A stretch of 32,246 nt of DNA from assembly GCA_026991065.1 (NCBI GenBank), contig JALXCG010000886.1, positions 1 through 32,246 on the forward strand. Reading direction: 5' to 3'. A model generated the notes under the pieces. That model was given only the letters and a program-made list of their open reading frames with translations, had not been told where the DNA came from and searched no databases. How positions within the stretch are numbered: position 1 is the first letter of the stretch; every line of letters starts with the position of its first letter. Shown piece after piece: positions 16,751 to 24,703 of this stretch. This stretch comes from Gemmatimonadota bacterium. Lineage in GTDB: Bacteria > GCA-2686955. The position numbers were made by a program, and so were the translations under genes.

Positions 16751-17368
16751 CTACTCGCCACTCTCGCCGTCGCCATCATGCGCCGGCCGAATAATCTCAT
16801 CGATCAGACTATATTCCTGAGCTTCCACGGCGCTCATGAAGAAGTTCCGATCCGTGTCTTTGCGCACCTGTTCGGCGTCCTTGTTGGTATGACGCGCCAG
16901 TATCTTGTTGAGTTCCGCACGCACTTTGAGCATCTCGCGAGCGTGAATCGCAATGTCCGAAGCCTGACCACCAATGCCGCCGACCGGTTGGTGAATCATA
17001 ACCCGAGAATGCTCAAGCGCAGTACGCTTACCCGGCGCGCCGGCGGCCAGAAGAATCGCGGCCATGGATGCCGCCATTCCCATGCAGCACGTGGCTACAT
17101 CCGGCTGGATGTACTGCATGGTATCGTAAATCGCCAACCCGGAAGACACCAGTCCGCCAGGAGAGTTGATGTAGAGGCTGATGTCTTGGTCTGGGTTGTC
17201 CGCCGCACAGAAAAGAAGCTGTGCAATGATGGCGTTGGCAACGTCATCATCAATCGGTGTGCCCAGGAAAATGATTCGGTCACGAAGTAGCCGAGTATAG
17301 ATATCCATCGGCTGATCGCCACGCGACGTCCGCTCCCAGACTCCCGGAATTCGATTGTAGGCCTTCAT
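16751..17368 (-). CDS. clpP: ATP-dependent Clp protease proteolytic subunit ClpP
   Basis: 205 aa. It has [15 protein letters not shown], the catalytic Ser context [12 protein letters not shown] and the typical length. It lies upstream of clpX. Confidence 0.97.
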   Translation of the reverse strand: MKAYNRIPGVWERTSRGDQPMDIYTRLLRDRIIFLGTPIDDDVANAIIAQLLFCAADNPDQDISLYINSPGGLVSSGLAIYDTMQYIQPDVATCCMGMAASMAAILLAAGAPGKRTALEHSRVMIHQPVGGIGGQASDIAIHAREMLKVRAELNKILARHTNKDAEQVRKDTDRNFFMSAVEAQEYSLIDEIIRPAHDGDGESGE

Positions 17369-17416
17369 CTGCTCTCCTCAACGGGACGGATCGCCAGCAA
17401 GGGACGCGACCCCAGA

Positions 17417-18697
17417 TTAGGATTCTTCAGTCATCTCTGCCAGGTCGAAGAGCATTTTGAATGTCTTCTCTTCCAATAGGTCGTCGTGGATGCGGGAGAG
17501 CTTGCCCTCCTTTTCCAGCGAAATGCGCATCTTCCGCGCGGGCAGGTTGTTGGCCTCGGCAACACCGGCAATCCGGGCATCCACCTCTTCATCATCGACC
17601 TCGATCGACTCGGCCTTCTGGATGGCCTCAAAAAGCAGGTGCTGCCGAATAAGCTGTTCAGCGGCCGTTCGATTCTGCTCACGCACGGCTTTGGGATCAA
17701 AACTGGCGGCGCGGCGGGGGTCCTTTTGCGCTTCGACGGAAGCGGCCTCAACGATGTTGTCGAGATAGTGCTCAACCATCGACTGGGGCAGATCAAAAGG
17801 ATTGCGCTCGATCAGTGTCCGCATGAGCTGTGCACGCATCGACTGCTCGATTCTTTGAGCTGCTTGCCTTTCAAGGTCAGCGCGAATCACGTCACGAAGA
17901 GCGTCAAGATTCTCGAAATCGCCAAGTTGTTGGGCGAATTCATCATCCAGGTTGGGTAGTTCCTTGACCTTTACTTCCTTAATCTTGAGGGAGAAAGTCA
18001 CACGCTTGCCGGCAAACGCGGGATCCCCCTCATCCTCGGGGAATTCAACGACCACTTCACGCTCATCTCCAACCCGAACACCGCGCAATGCTTCATCAAA
18101 CTCGGGGCGGGTCTGCTCATGCCCCACCGGAACCGAAAGACCCGTTCCGGAACCCTTCGGGATGCGAAGCCCGGTTTCATCGCGGGCAACCTGATCCATG
18201 ACAACAAGATCTGTAGGCTGCGCCTCGCGATCTTCAACGGCCGTGTAACGCGCATAACGATCCTGGACCGAATCCAGTGCTTTTTCCACGTCCTCGTCGG
18301 TGACCTCGATCTTCGGCCGGGTGATCGCCACGCCCTTGTAGTCAACGAATTCAATCTCTGGTTTGACTTCGACCACAGCTTCGATCGCCATGGGAGCACC
18401 AACCTTGAAATCGATCTTGTCGATCTGCGGATAACTGACCGGTTGCAGATTGGTCTCTCTCAAAGCACTGCGATAAGCCTCTTCGAGCAAGCGCTTGACC
18501 ACCTCTTCCTGAATGCGGTCGCCAAAAGACTTCTCCACCAGACTGCGCGGAACCTTGCCTTTGCGAAACCCGGGCAACGTGGCATTCCGCTGGAACTTGC
18601 GGGAGACTTCGTCGTACTCGCGGCTGACTTGGTCGGCCGGTACTTCGATCTGCATTCGGCGTTTCCAGGATGGCTCCTGAATTACTTCCACGTGCAC
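17417..18697 (-). CDS. tig: Trigger factor
   Basis: It has the ribosome-binding signature LPGFRKGKVP, a central PPIase-like region, a C-terminal helical domain and the tig-clpP-clpX synteny. I place the start at GTG 18697 (VHVEVIQE...), which has ACGAGGAA ~7 nt upstream. The longest ORF begins at GTG 18724. Confidence 0.92.
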   Translation of the reverse strand: MHVEVIQEPSWKRRMQIEVPADQVSREYDEVSRKFQRNATLPGFRKGKVPRSLVEKSFGDRIQEEVVKRLLEEAYRSALRETNLQPVSYPQIDKIDFKVGAPMAIEAVVEVKPEIEFVDYKGVAITRPKIEVTDEDVEKALDSVQDRYARYTAVEDREAQPTDLVVMDQVARDETGLRIPKGSGTGLSVPVGHEQTRPEFDEALRGVRVGDEREVVVEFPEDEGDPAFAGKRVTFSLKIKEVKVKELPNLDDEFAQQLGDFENLDALRDVIRADLERQAAQRIEQSMRAQLMRTLIERNPFDLPQSMVEHYLDNIVEAASVEAQKDPRRAASFDPKAVREQNRTAAEQLIRQHLLFEAIQKAESIEVDDEEVDARIAGVAEANNLPARKMRISLEKEGKLSRIHDDLLEEKTFKMLFDLAEMTEES

Positions 18698-18846
18698 GTC
18701 AATTCCTCGTTTAGAGCGCACCACAAGACCTGTGAGCGGCGGTCGACCGCCACGGCTTTGCGGCTTGGATAGAGTAGGCTGGCCTGCGGCGGGACTGGGC
18801 TACCGGAGGTGATCCTCCCCACCGCCCGAGACCCAACCTCCGATCA

Positions 18847-18931
18847 TGGTGCGAGAGGGGGGACTCGAACCCCCACGGGTTTCCCCACCGGAACCTAAAT
18901 CCGGCGCGTCTGCCAATTCCGCCACTCTCGC
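18847..18931 (-). tRNA. tRNA-Leu (anticodon UAG)
   Basis: The reverse complement is GCGAGAGTGGCGGAATTGGCAGACGCGCCGGATTTAGGTTCCGGTGGGGAAACCCGTGGGGGTTCGAGTCCCCCCTCTCGCACCA. It has a class II variable arm, anticodon stem CCGGA/TCCGG, anticodon loop TT-TAG-GT and an encoded CCA. Confidence 0.93.
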
Positions 18932-19257
18932 TTTGTCCTCCTTTGATCCCCGCCTGTTGACCGGCTCGCCCACAGGAAGGTCTCAAAGGTCATTCAGCCC
19001 CCGGCCGGAACTGGCAAAGCAAGCAAGAAACAAGCCGGGAATATCGATTGAGTCCGGCAGTCTCTCACTTGAAAAGGGGGCTGGTCAAGCCTCGATCCAC
19101 CACCAAAACCCGGTTTAGGTCGTTGGCTGCGGGACTAACTCCTTGCAGCACGATGAGATGCATCCATCGCCGCTCCCTTGCCGGCAGTTGGGAGGAACCA
19201 AAACCGATGCGGTGGCCCGGAGCGACAAGCTCCTAGACCCAACACCAGCAGCAAGGG

Positions 19258-20871
19258 TCAGCCCTTGTCGGGGCGCTCCTCATACCAAGCGGCATTTCCG
19301 GAACCACCATAGGCACCAATATCGGAGCGCGGGCTGTTCGGAATGCCCGCGGGCCAGCGCGGATCTGTTTCGCTCAGAGCATCTTCGACAGCAGGATCGC
19401 CTTGGTCAACGCAGGGAGACAGGGGGATATACGTATCTCCACGCCAGCGACCTATGGGGTTGGGGACATGCTCGAAGGGACCCAACAATACAAGAGTCGG
19501 GGCCAGGTGTAGGTTGCCGCGACCGCTCCAACCGGCCTGCACATCACTGTAGGAAACGTCAACGGTCGCTTCGTCCAGGTCGATTTGATCGGGTGAATTG
19601 GACCACAGGATGGTGTTTCTGACCGTGAATTCGTGATCGAAAAGGCAGATGATGCCGCCACCACTCTGACCCGCGGAGTTGTCAATGATGGTGCTGTTGA
19701 AAACAACCGTGGCGGCGGCGAGATAGAGCCCGGCCCCCGTCTCGCCGGCGAAGTTCTGAGTCACGATGCAATTGCTGATCCGAACCGGGAAGCCAGTCCC
19801 CCCGAGAGTCTCTATCTGAATGGCGCCCCCGGAGCCGGTCGCGGTGTTGTCGGTGAAAGTGCAAGCCAGACAGGACATGGAATTGCTGGAGAGAGATGCT
19901 ATCGCCCCACCATCACCATTCGTGGTATTGCCGGCAAAACGACACCGGAGGAATGCCGGGCCGCTGTTGAAAATGCAGTAGACGCCCCCCCCAACCTCTT
20001 CACCATGATTGGAGCGGAATTCGCAATGATCGAGGGTCGGGGTGGAGTTGAACTGACAGTACATGCCCCCCCCTCGCGAACCGCTGACATTGCCCACGAT
20101 TTGGCAATCGACAAGGCTCGGCACCGAGCCTGCTTCCATGTAGATACCGCCACCACTGAATTCAGCTTGGTTGGCCTGAACCACGCAGAGCCGAAGATCC
20201 GGCGACGCCTCCCGGCAGTAGAGTCCGCCCCCGGATTCTGCGCTGTTGCGACTGATGAGGCAGGCCGTGATTTCCGGAGAGGAGCGGTGGCAGTGAATGC
20301 CAGATCCGTCGTTACCAACTATGGTACAGTCGTTTATCTTCGGCCGTCCCCCTGATGTGACGAAGACGCCTGCACCCAAACCATTGCCGCGATTGGCACG
20401 GATCAGGCAATGAGAAATGGTCGGCTGAGATTGATTCCGACAGGTGATGCCACCACCAACCCGGTCCGGCAGGAGATGGCCGGAGCCGCCGGTGATTGTG
20501 ACACCCGTGAGAACAGCCGTAGAGTCTTCTGCGCTGTGGAAATCAAAAACGGTTCCTTGATAGTCACCGTCAATCACCGTTGCGGCGACTTGCTCGGGAT
20601 TCTCGGGATCGATGCCGGAAACACGGATGGAAAGGCCTCTAAAGTCAATGGAGTACTCAACATAGGTGCCCGGGTCGATCAGAATCTCATCGCCGTCAAC
20701 GGAAGCATTGATGGCTTCCTGGATCGATGAATAGTCTGCCGGAACGCGAAAGGTAGCGCCCATCGAGTTTGGTGCATCAAGCCCAAGGGTCAGTGCTGGA
20801 ATCACGAGCAATGCACGGCGGAGCGTCCCCCAGCCCTGGAGTCTCTGCTGTTTCACTAGATGTCGTCGCAT
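19258..20871 (-). CDS. Secreted right-handed parallel beta-helix repeat protein (Pmp-like GGx[ILMV]/FxxN repeats)
   Basis: This is ORF 19258..21018. I prefer ATG 20871 (MRRHLVKQQRLQGWGTLRRALLVIPALTLGL = basic n-region plus hydrophobic core). About 10 coils of ~23 aa carry a conserved Cys and Asn (HCLIRAN, DCTIVGN, ACLISRN, LCVVQAN, DCQIVGN, HCEFRSN, RCRFAGN, CTFTDN, NCIVTQN). These alternate with GGGITC/GGGLYC/GGGIYM/GGGMYC/GGGVYC/GGAIAS/GGAIQI. The C-terminal SPCVDQGDP...SDIGAYGG resembles the end of 'choice-of-anchor Q'-type beta-helix domains (from memory). Confidence 0.8.
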   Translation of the reverse strand: MRRHLVKQQRLQGWGTLRRALLVIPALTLGLDAPNSMGATFRVPADYSSIQEAINASVDGDEILIDPGTYVEYSIDFRGLSIRVSGIDPENPEQVAATVIDGDYQGTVFDFHSAEDSTAVLTGVTITGGSGHLLPDRVGGGITCRNQSQPTISHCLIRANRGNGLGAGVFVTSGGRPKINDCTIVGNDGSGIHCHRSSPEITACLISRNSAESGGGLYCREASPDLRLCVVQANQAEFSGGGIYMEAGSVPSLVDCQIVGNVSGSRGGGMYCQFNSTPTLDHCEFRSNHGEEVGGGVYCIFNSGPAFLRCRFAGNTTNGDGGAIASLSSNSMSCLACTFTDNTATGSGGAIQIETLGGTGFPVRISNCIVTQNFAGETGAGLYLAAATVVFNSTIIDNSAGQSGGGIICLFDHEFTVRNTILWSNSPDQIDLDEATVDVSYSDVQAGWSGRGNLHLAPTLVLLGPFEHVPNPIGRWRGDTYIPLSPCVDQGDPAVEDALSETDPRWPAGIPNSPRSDIGAYGGSGNAAWYEERPDKG

Positions 20872-21093
20872 TTCGTGGAAACCGTGGATCTGGACAGCCA
20901 AAAAGACCTCTCGATATTCAAGAACTTCTCCCTGGCGCCGATCCGGCGTCCCCCAAGCGGTTCTCTGCGCGAAGAATAACCTCTTTGGAGAGCGAAAAAA
21001 AGAGGGAGACTGTGCCATTCAGTGGATCACCGTCGGCACTCTGAGTCCGGGAGCGGCTGCGAGTGGCAGCAGGAAAAGAACTACACTGCTCCC

Positions 21094-21915
21094 ATGCAAC
21101 GCAAGCAGGCATCTTCTCTCAAGCTCCTGGTCGGAACCTCCGGCTATTCCTACGCGGATTGGGTCGGCCCGGTCTATCCTCCCGGTATCCCCCGGTCTCA
21201 GTGGCTCAACCACTACGCCGATCGCTTTCGGACCGTCGAGATAAACTCAACCTACTATGGCGTGTCCAAGCCCTCCACCTACGCTCGGATGCGAGCGACG
21301 GTGGGAGAGGATTTTGTTTTCAGCGTGAAGGCACCGGGAACCCTGACCCACGACCGCTCTGCCGCACCGTTGCCGCTCGTGCGTGACTTCGCCGCCGGCG
21401 TGGCTCCGCTGCGGGCCACAGCGGTGTTATTGCAGTTTCCTTTCTCCTTTCACTATGAACCTAAGACCCGGATCTATCTGGCGCGACTATTGGATGCCTT
21501 CGCGGAGCAGATGCCCCAGGTACAGCCCGTGGTAGAAGTACGTCATCACTCCTGGATCCAGGCATCTTTCCTGGCGGGATTGCGAGCCCGCGGTGTGGCC
21601 TTCGCCAATGTTGACCTGCCGGCGTTGCGGGGATTGCCTCCAACCACGGGGGCGGCAATGACAGCAAAACTCGGCTACGTGCGATTGCATGGCCGCAATG
21701 CGGCCAAGTGGTGGCGGCACAAGGAGGCCTGGGAGCGTTACGACTATTCCTACAAGCGCGAGGAACTGAAGATCTGGGTGCCCCGCGTGCGCCGGATGCT
21801 GGCTGCGGCGGAGCAGGTTCTTGTTTATGCGAACAACCACTTCCAGGGGCAGGCGGTAGCAACGATCGAGTTGCTGGAAGAACTCTTCGAGGAGGCGGAG
21901 ATCACCGCAGGATGA
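21094..21915 (+). CDS. DUF72 domain-containing protein (YecE/UPF0759-like)
   Basis: This is the only plus-strand gene. It has LLVGTSGYSYADWVGPVYPPG, YADRFRTVEINSTYY, LLQFPFSF, VEVRHHSW, YVRLHGRN and YANNHFQGQAV, the DUF72 pattern. I place the start at ATG 21094. The ORF-track GTG 21022 adds a non-conserved extension. Confidence 0.85.
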   Translation: MQRKQASSLKLLVGTSGYSYADWVGPVYPPGIPRSQWLNHYADRFRTVEINSTYYGVSKPSTYARMRATVGEDFVFSVKAPGTLTHDRSAAPLPLVRDFAAGVAPLRATAVLLQFPFSFHYEPKTRIYLARLLDAFAEQMPQVQPVVEVRHHSWIQASFLAGLRARGVAFANVDLPALRGLPPTTGAAMTAKLGYVRLHGRNAAKWWRHKEAWERYDYSYKREELKIWVPRVRRMLAAAEQVLVYANNHFQGQAVATIELLEELFEEAEITAG

Positions 21916-23836
21916 CCAGGCGGCGTAGATCATCGGTGTGCCCCGCCCGCAGCCGAACCCAGTAGACACCGGAAGGGACAGGCGCTCCCCGAGCGGTGGT
22001 GCCTGACCAAACAAACTCGTGCCGACCAGCGGCCAGAGAGCCATGTTGCAAGCGCCGCACCATCGCTCCAGCCAGGTTGTAGACCGAGATCTCCGCATCT
22101 CCGACTGCCACCGGAACCTCTACAGCAATATGCACCTGTGGGTTGGCTGGAACCGGGGCAGGCGGAAGAAGACGCGGGGCACGGCCAGGATCGGATGATC
22201 GACCAGGGGCAGAATCCGGTCCCGTGATACCAACGCTGCCGGAGAGATAGAGTTCAACATAGAGATCACCACTGAGGGCCGGTTTCTCTACGGTCTGCCA
22301 CGTATCGCTGTCGCACACGCGAACCCAATGACGCCGAAAGCTACCGGCATCCTGTTCCCCATCAACGGCAATTGACTCGCAGTCGGGAAAGGGCAAGGGC
22401 TGGCGGATAACCACGTAGACCGGATCAGACAGCAGCGTGGTACTGTCCGGCAGAGGAATCGCCACGAAACCGTTGCCGCCACGAGCAACCACCGCGCGAC
22501 TGTACTCGATCGCGGCATCCGGAGCACCGTCGGCATCCGCGCCGATCAGTTGCACTTCCACCACTTGCTTCTCGTTGTCCGGCCAGCCGCCCCAGAAATT
22601 GACCCGCACAAGAGAAGCGTTCAACCCCAAATAGTCCGCCACATCGAACCGCACTGCCCATTCACCGGCGTCCTCGAGTGCATAGGCATCAGCCGGTTGC
22701 CCACCTTCAAAAGCCGCCAGAACCGCCGAGGTGTCCCAGGTGGAGTGGACCAGGAAGGAGCGAGAAACCGGTTCGATGCCGGAAGACGGTAGAGCTGTAG
22801 CGACAAGGTCGTAAAGCCCGGGCCGGGGTGGAACCCAAGAGTTGAGGCGAGCCACCTCCTGCCCATGGCCGGCGATCACCACCGAGTCCGGCGGCGAGAG
22901 ATCATAGATCGTACCGTCGGCGCGAGCGGTGACGGTTGCCTGCAGGAAGGTAGAACGCTCCGACTCGGCGGGATTCCCAAGCAGGATCTCCGGCGTCAAG
23001 GTGGCACCCCGGTGAAGGGAGAAGTCCGGGGAGCGAACCTCCAGCGCCGCGATTGGCGACTCGTTCGCGGGCCGACGAATCAGTAGACCTTCGCCCGCGT
23101 GCGGGGCGGAGGCCAAAGTCCAACCATCCAACCCGCGAGCATCGCCCATACCAACAATCCACTCGTCCGGCAGGATCGCCGGCAGAGCACGCCAGATGAA
23201 CCGAATCTCCCCACTTGGGTAGAGACGAGCCTGGAGGGTGTAAGGACCTTGTCCGCCGACATCCGTCAGGCCATGCCATTCCACCACCGCGGAGTCGGCC
23301 GTGGCGTGAAAGTAGATGCCGCCCGCACCGACAACCAGATCGGCCCAGAACGGTGCCAAGGTCGCGTGCGGTTGAAGAATGCATGGAAACGGGGTGGGCC
23401 GAGCCCCCACGTATGACCGAAGATTGGATCCCTGCAGAGAGAGAAAGCCGTTCACGCCCACAGCCAAGGTGTCATACATGGAGTAGTAAAAGGGAAAGCT
23501 GAACGGCAACACCAGATCACGCACCACTGCGTCATCATGGAGCGGGTTCAAACGCCAGGACAGGCTGTCGATCGCTCCCCCGCCGGCATCGGTAAAAGAC
23601 ACCCTCTCACTGCCCAACAGATCGTCATCCCAGGGCCCCGCACAGGGTTCGCAAGACACTCCGGCAAGCGCCGCCGGCGCGGAGGTGCCATCACCGAAGG
23701 CTGAACGGAGCAGCAGACTCGAATCCTCTCGGACCGACGGCGGGTTCTCCGCTGCCTGCTGCCGTGAAACCAGGCGGGGAGACGTGCCGGCCAGGAGAAA
23801 CGGCACCAGGAGCGCGGGAAAAACTGCGGACATCAT
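21902..23836 (-). CDS. Large secreted protein of unknown function with NIDO-like module and C-terminal FlgD-Ig-like tail
   Basis: This is ORF 21902..24106. The part upstream of 23836 overlaps recO out of frame, so the start is ATG 23836, which overlaps the recO TGA (ATGA). MMSAVFPALLVPFLLAGTS looks like a signal peptide. The central segment reads LPFSFPFYYSMYDTLAVGVNGFLSL...LAPFWADL...GIYFH...VVEWHGL...YTLQARLYPSGEIRFIW. The C-terminus reads ISVYNLAGAMVRRL..AGRHEFVWSG..GAPVPSGVYWVRL..RRLVILR. Confidence 0.8.
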   Translation of the reverse strand: MMSAVFPALLVPFLLAGTSPRLVSRQQAAENPPSVREDSSLLLRSAFGDGTSAPAALAGVSCEPCAGPWDDDLLGSERVSFTDAGGGAIDSLSWRLNPLHDDAVVRDLVLPFSFPFYYSMYDTLAVGVNGFLSLQGSNLRSYVGARPTPFPCILQPHATLAPFWADLVVGAGGIYFHATADSAVVEWHGLTDVGGQGPYTLQARLYPSGEIRFIWRALPAILPDEWIVGMGDARGLDGWTLASAPHAGEGLLIRRPANESPIAALEVRSPDFSLHRGATLTPEILLGNPAESERSTFLQATVTARADGTIYDLSPPDSVVIAGHGQEVARLNSWVPPRPGLYDLVATALPSSGIEPVSRSFLVHSTWDTSAVLAAFEGGQPADAYALEDAGEWAVRFDVADYLGLNASLVRVNFWGGWPDNEKQVVEVQLIGADADGAPDAAIEYSRAVVARGGNGFVAIPLPDSTTLLSDPVYVVIRQPLPFPDCESIAVDGEQDAGSFRRHWVRVCDSDTWQTVEKPALSGDLYVELYLSGSVGITGPDSAPGRSSDPGRAPRLLPPAPVPANPQVHIAVEVPVAVGDAEISVYNLAGAMVRRLQHGSLAAGRHEFVWSGTTARGAPVPSGVYWVRLRAGHTDDLRRLVILR

Positions 23837-24690
23837 TCGCTCCCCGGGTAAGGATGAGATAGGGCTCCGCCACATGCTTGGAGGGTGTCGAGGGCGGGCA
23901 GAGGAACATCCCCGCCGACCGGCCAGGTAATGAGTCGCCGCAGAATGACACCCACCTGCATCGCCTCGCGTGGAGAAAGCTCCCGGCCGGCCCGCGGATC
24001 CACAATCCGGCCGGAGGCTCCCGCCAATGCTAGCAGCGTGGAGAGAATCGACCGGGAAAGGGGTTCCAGCGCCGCGGGGTCGGACCTTCCCGCACAGCTT
24101 CTGCAAACCGTTCCTCCCGCCGAAAGCGAGAGCGCAACGAGATCCACCGCCGGGATGGCGACCGAAGTGGCGCCGCGATCCGGAGCCCTCTGCCCCCCTC
24201 CTGCCGAATCACCGGCGCCGCATGCAACACAGCGATCGAGAACCGGCAGATGCCCGGAGAGAGCCAGGGTACGGAGCGCGAACCACCACAAGAATACTCG
24301 ATCCCCGGCCTTGCCGCGATCCAGGGCAGCCAGCCCGGTCGCCAGGTGGTTGTAGAGTTCGCCGCCTTCAGCATAGTGCAGGCGCACAATTTCCAGTAGA
24401 AAGAGGGCGCGCAGCAAGCGTTCCAGATTGCGTCGAAAGGTAACGTGGGCATCGATCAAGTCGGCCTGGTAAACCACCGGAATACCATCGTCGGCAAAAC
24501 CCCGGGCAGACAGGATCAGTTGGCTTCGGGCGGTTGTGTCGAGGGCGGCGCCGGTGCGGCGAAAATCTTTCAGGGCACCGCGTGCACGCACCACCCTCTT
24601 GCCCCGGCTGTCAGTCAGAATCGTAACCAACAAACTGGTTTCGCCGACGGGACGGGATCCGCAGACAATGCCTTCAAGCTCTACCATCAT
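23833..24690 (-). CDS. recO: DNA repair protein RecO
   Basis: 285 aa. It has an N-terminal OB-fold-like region (EGIVCGSRPVGETSLLVTILT), a helical middle (LLRALFLLEIV...) and a Cys4 cluster (CVAC...CRSC). Its position after the ybeY block fits the synteny known from other bacteria. Confidence 0.85.
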   Translation of the reverse strand: MMVELEGIVCGSRPVGETSLLVTILTDSRGKRVVRARGALKDFRRTGAALDTTARSQLILSARGFADDGIPVVYQADLIDAHVTFRRNLERLLRALFLLEIVRLHYAEGGELYNHLATGLAALDRGKAGDRVFLWWFALRTLALSGHLPVLDRCVACGAGDSAGGGQRAPDRGATSVAIPAVDLVALSLSAGGTVCRSCAGRSDPAALEPLSRSILSTLLALAGASGRIVDPRAGRELSPREAMQVGVILRRLITWPVGGDVPLPALDTLQACGGALSHPYPGSE

Positions 24691-24703
24691 GCGCGGCCAT
24701 CCG

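Noticed and set aside
20872-21093. N-terminal extensions of the beta-helix ORF (to 21018) and the DUF72 ORF (from 21022), which would make the two genes nearly abut head-to-head
   Set aside because: The extensions lack signal-peptide or family features. Internal ATGs at 20871 and 21094 give a proper signal peptide and the conserved DUF72 N-terminus respectively, leaving a 222-nt divergent promoter region.
23837-24106. 90-codon N-terminal extension of the 644-aa secreted protein
   Set aside because: It overlaps the 3' end of recO in another frame and is Arg/Gly/Ala/Ser-rich. The ATG at 23836 gives an immediate signal peptide and an ATGA junction with recO.
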